A stretch of DNA of 64,000 bases, taken from the IMG/VR virus record IMGVR_UViG_3300046167_000801; one strand, given 5' to 3'. Position numbers and translations under genes: made by a program. Within the stretch, counting starts at the first letter, position 1. Every line of letters starts with the position of its first letter. The notes under the pieces are model-generated. The model saw nothing but the letters and a program-made list of their open reading frames with translations, made no database searches and was not told where the DNA came from. The stretch is from a virus (Duplodnaviria; Caudoviricetes). Positions 61,523 to 64,000 of this stretch are shown here, one piece after another.

Positions 61523-62197
61523 ATGGGAATATTCAGAGGTGCACACACAAATAGTGTTCAGGCTAATTTAATTTTAGATGCGGCGTCACAAAGATCATAT
61601 CCGGGTAGTGGTACTACTTGGTACGATTTGAGTGGTAATGGTCACAATGTGGATATTATCGGTTCCCCAACTCATGGGGAATTAGGTGGTGCTAAATGTT
61701 TCATATTAGATGCGGTGGGAAAACGATTTAACGCCAATACCGATAATAATAGAACTACAAATGATCTAACATTGGAAGCATGGATATATCCTCAAGACGA
61801 AGTAAGTTCAGGAGATAGAGGTGCAGTAATTCAGGGGTATTGTTATTTAAGTTGGAATAAGTCAAATAGAAGATTAAGTAATTATTGGTATTCGGCAAGT
61901 CCAAGTGGATATCATGAACCAACAACACAAATGGATCGAAACAGGTGGCATCACTTAATGTCGGTATGGGATTCCTCAACGGGAAAACTTTATCAGTACA
62001 TAAATGGTGTTTTAGAAAATACCGTAACAACATCCACAACTACGGGGACATACTATTCTGACCTTAATATTGGTTGGGAGGGTGACAGTAGACAATTTTC
62101 AGGTGGAATATCAGTGATTAAGGTTTATAATAACACTGTAAGTGGTGACCAAGTTTTACAAAACTATAATGCACAAAAATCGAGATTTGGATTATGA
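61523..62197 (+). CDS. LamG-like domain protein, paralogue 4
   Basis: SYPGSGTTWYDLSGNG, TLEAWI, WHHL..V, YINGVL, FSGGI..IKVYN. Confidence 0.85.
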   Translation: MGIFRGAHTNSVQANLILDAASQRSYPGSGTTWYDLSGNGHNVDIIGSPTHGELGGAKCFILDAVGKRFNANTDNNRTTNDLTLEAWIYPQDEVSSGDRGAVIQGYCYLSWNKSNRRLSNYWYSASPSGYHEPTTQMDRNRWHHLMSVWDSSTGKLYQYINGVLENTVTTSTTTGTYYSDLNIGWEGDSRQFSGGISVIKVYNNTVSGDQVLQNYNAQKSRFGL

Positions 62198-62310
62198 AAA
62201 TAATAGAAGAAGGTATAAATAAAGATGGTGTACGGTGTTGGTTTGTCTTGGAAGATGCAAACTTAGTCGGTGTATACGAAACATTAGAAGAGGCAGAACA
62301 GAATTTATAA
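62194..62310 (+). CDS. 38-aa acidic peptide (not in track)
   Basis: MKIIEEGINKDGVRCWFVLEDANLVGVYETLEEAEQNL*, coupled on both sides by ATGA and TAATG overlaps. Confidence 0.6.
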   Translation: MKIIEEGINKDGVRCWFVLEDANLVGVYETLEEAEQNL

Positions 62311-63017
62311 TGGGAATACACTTAGGACCAAACATACCTAAAGAAGGTTTAATTTTTTCAGTAGATCCTGCGAGTACAAAATCGTGGGATGGTCTTAATT
62401 ATAGAAATACCGCACATTCAGATGATAGTACGACCATTACAGGAACAATTACACACGTAACCGATGGTGGTGGGACATTTACCTTTGGTGCAAATGGTAG
62501 TTATTTTAATTATGGGACAACAAGTCCCCTACGAAATCTATACGATGTCTCATTAGTTGGTTGGGTTAAACAGGGAAGTACTGGTGCCCCACACCAAACC
62601 GTGATAGGAACTTCAAGTAGTTATTTATACGGTCTTAAATTAATGAGTAGGTATCACGGAGCGGCCGCGGCTTGGATGGGTGATGGTGGTGGTGCATCTC
62701 ATTTACTAAGTTCCAATGTAGATATAACAGGTGATGGAGAATATCATTTATTGGTTTGTACACGAAATGGTGGTACAGGTGACATCAAAATTTATGTTGA
62801 CGGTGTTTTAAAAAATACTGTTGGATTTACAAACACAAATGGAAATTTTAGAGGAGGGGTTAATGATAGTGGTAACACATTACTTGGTGCTGATTATCAC
62901 TCCGCAGGTTATTATCACACGGGTAATATAGGTCAGGTATATGGGTACAATATTACATTGTCTGATGATGAAATTTTACAAATATATAATAACGGTAAAG
63001 AAAGGTACGGATTATGA
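62310..63017 (+). CDS. LamG-like domain protein, paralogue 5
   Basis: The true start is probably ATG 62310 (MGIHLGPNI), paralogous to the other members. It also has YHLLVCT..IYVDG and LSDDEILQIYN. Confidence 0.8.
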   Translation: MGIHLGPNIPKEGLIFSVDPASTKSWDGLNYRNTAHSDDSTTITGTITHVTDGGGTFTFGANGSYFNYGTTSPLRNLYDVSLVGWVKQGSTGAPHQTVIGTSSSYLYGLKLMSRYHGAAAAWMGDGGGASHLLSSNVDITGDGEYHLLVCTRNGGTGDIKIYVDGVLKNTVGFTNTNGNFRGGVNDSGNTLLGADYHSAGYYHTGNIGQVYGYNITLSDDEILQIYNNGKERYGL

Positions 63018-64000
63018 AAATAGGTGGTGGTCTAAATAATGAAAATTTGGTTTTTGGTTATGATTCCCAAGGTTTCTCCTTTGGTGGTGAACCAACAACT
63101 AATTTAGTACCCTCACCTCAACATAATAGTAATTTCACCATTCAAAATGGTTGGAGTACCTACAACACCAATCAATATAATAGTAATACCTACTTCTCAA
63201 TAGGTACAATTCAATCGGTAGCTAATAATATAGTAATTTTAGGTACGGTTGGACGGACTATCAGAAGTTTTGATGTTCTGAAACCACAAACAAGTGGTGG
63301 TGGGGTAACCGCAGGTACTAATTACGTTATTAAAAAAATAAACAATACTGATTCATTCACTTTACATGAATATAATTCATCTCAAAACGGTTCTCAAGGA
63401 TATATAAACCCTGACACGGGATTTTTTAAAGTTCATGATGCATATGTAAATGACACAAGAATATCAATAAATGCAACTAACTTCCCAACGATGTGGTGGG
63501 GAGGACCACACCTTCCAAATTCGGGATTAATTAAGGAGATAGTACCAAACGAAGGAATAAGACACGGTACTAATGCAATGAGATTACATGCGTATAGACC
63601 CGATGGTGTAGTTGATGGTATGGCTTATGGTGTTAATACACCTGTAACTCAAGGTGATGTGGTCACTGTAAGTGTATGGTTAAAATTAGCGGACGGAAGA
63701 GGTGAAGGTAAATCTTTGGGGTACTCGACGTATTTTGGTTCGGGGTTTTCAGGTAGTTCAACTTCATTTGGACCACTTACAACACAATGGAAGAAATATG
63801 AATTTAGTTGGACGGCATCAAACACCTATTCCTTTATATCATATTGGTGGCCAAACACACCAACCCAACCATACTCAATTGATATGTGTGATTTTATGGT
63901 TGAGATTAATAAAGATGAGGCAACAAAATTCACTCAAGGTACACGATCAAACACTGAATCATTAATTGATATTAAGGGTAACCAAACATTAGACACAACA
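63014..64000 (+). CDS. 3'-truncated paralogue 6 of the LamG-like family (not in track)
   Basis: Manually translated as MKIGGGLNNENLVFGYDSQG..GEPTTNL...GTRSNTESLIDIK. It parallels 56007 (GKPTTN, STESLIDLK) and stays open to the window end. Confidence 0.75.
   Translation, partial: MKIGGGLNNENLVFGYDSQGFSFGGEPTTNLVPSPQHNSNFTIQNGWSTYNTNQYNSNTYFSIGTIQSVANNIVILGTVGRTIRSFDVLKPQTSGGGVTAGTNYVIKKINNTDSFTLHEYNSSQNGSQGYINPDTGFFKVHDAYVNDTRISINATNFPTMWWGGPHLPNSGLIKEIVPNEGIRHGTNAMRLHAYRPDGVVDGMAYGVNTPVTQGDVVTVSVWLKLADGRGEGKSLGYSTYFGSGFSGSSTSFGPLTTQWKKYEFSWTASNTYSFISYWWPNTPTQPYSIDMCDFMVEINKDEATKFTQGTRSNTESLIDIKGNQTLDTT

Overview
AT-rich (roughly one third GC by eye), densely coding window, almost entirely on the + strand, standard genetic code. 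It reads as part of a large tailed dsDNA (jumbo) phage genome, most likely infecting Bacteroidota: it has a Bacteroidota-type primary sigma factor, SprB repeats, an Hc1-like histone H1 protein and a TAnnTTTG promoter. It has three blocks. (1) 1-16940: putative virion-surface genes built from Pro-Thr linkers and small Cys-rich modules, including a 2057-aa cadherin + SprB-repeat adhesin, a frameshifted member and a probable baseplate/tail protein. (2) 16990-40193: replication, recombination and host-takeover genes (RuvC-like resolvase, primase, PD-(D/E)XK exonuclease, two cytidylyltransferases, SbcD/SbcC, ClpP, sigma-70, degenerate amidase, Hc1, PAP2 phosphatase, Dam-like methylase, NusG, AAA ATPase, thioredoxin, glutaredoxin). 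(3) 40276-64000: tail-fibre locus with four large fibre-like proteins (the largest 2934 aa with a C-terminal S74 chaperone), six LamG-like paralogues and an embedded glycosyltransferase cassette. Three promoter-like classes are visible: TATTTATA, TTGACT-N17-TATATT and one host-type TAnnTTTG. The best leads are a candidate -1 frameshift on an A10 run, a promoter-hairpin-terminator sRNA/attenuator before primase, a nested-palindrome leader before the giant fibre, a Zn-ligand-less pseudo-amidase, a clamp-binding motif on Dam, and a possible virion glycosylation system. No tRNA, rRNA, CRISPR array, integrase or reverse transcriptase was seen. All protein family calls are by motif recognition only; no searches were run.
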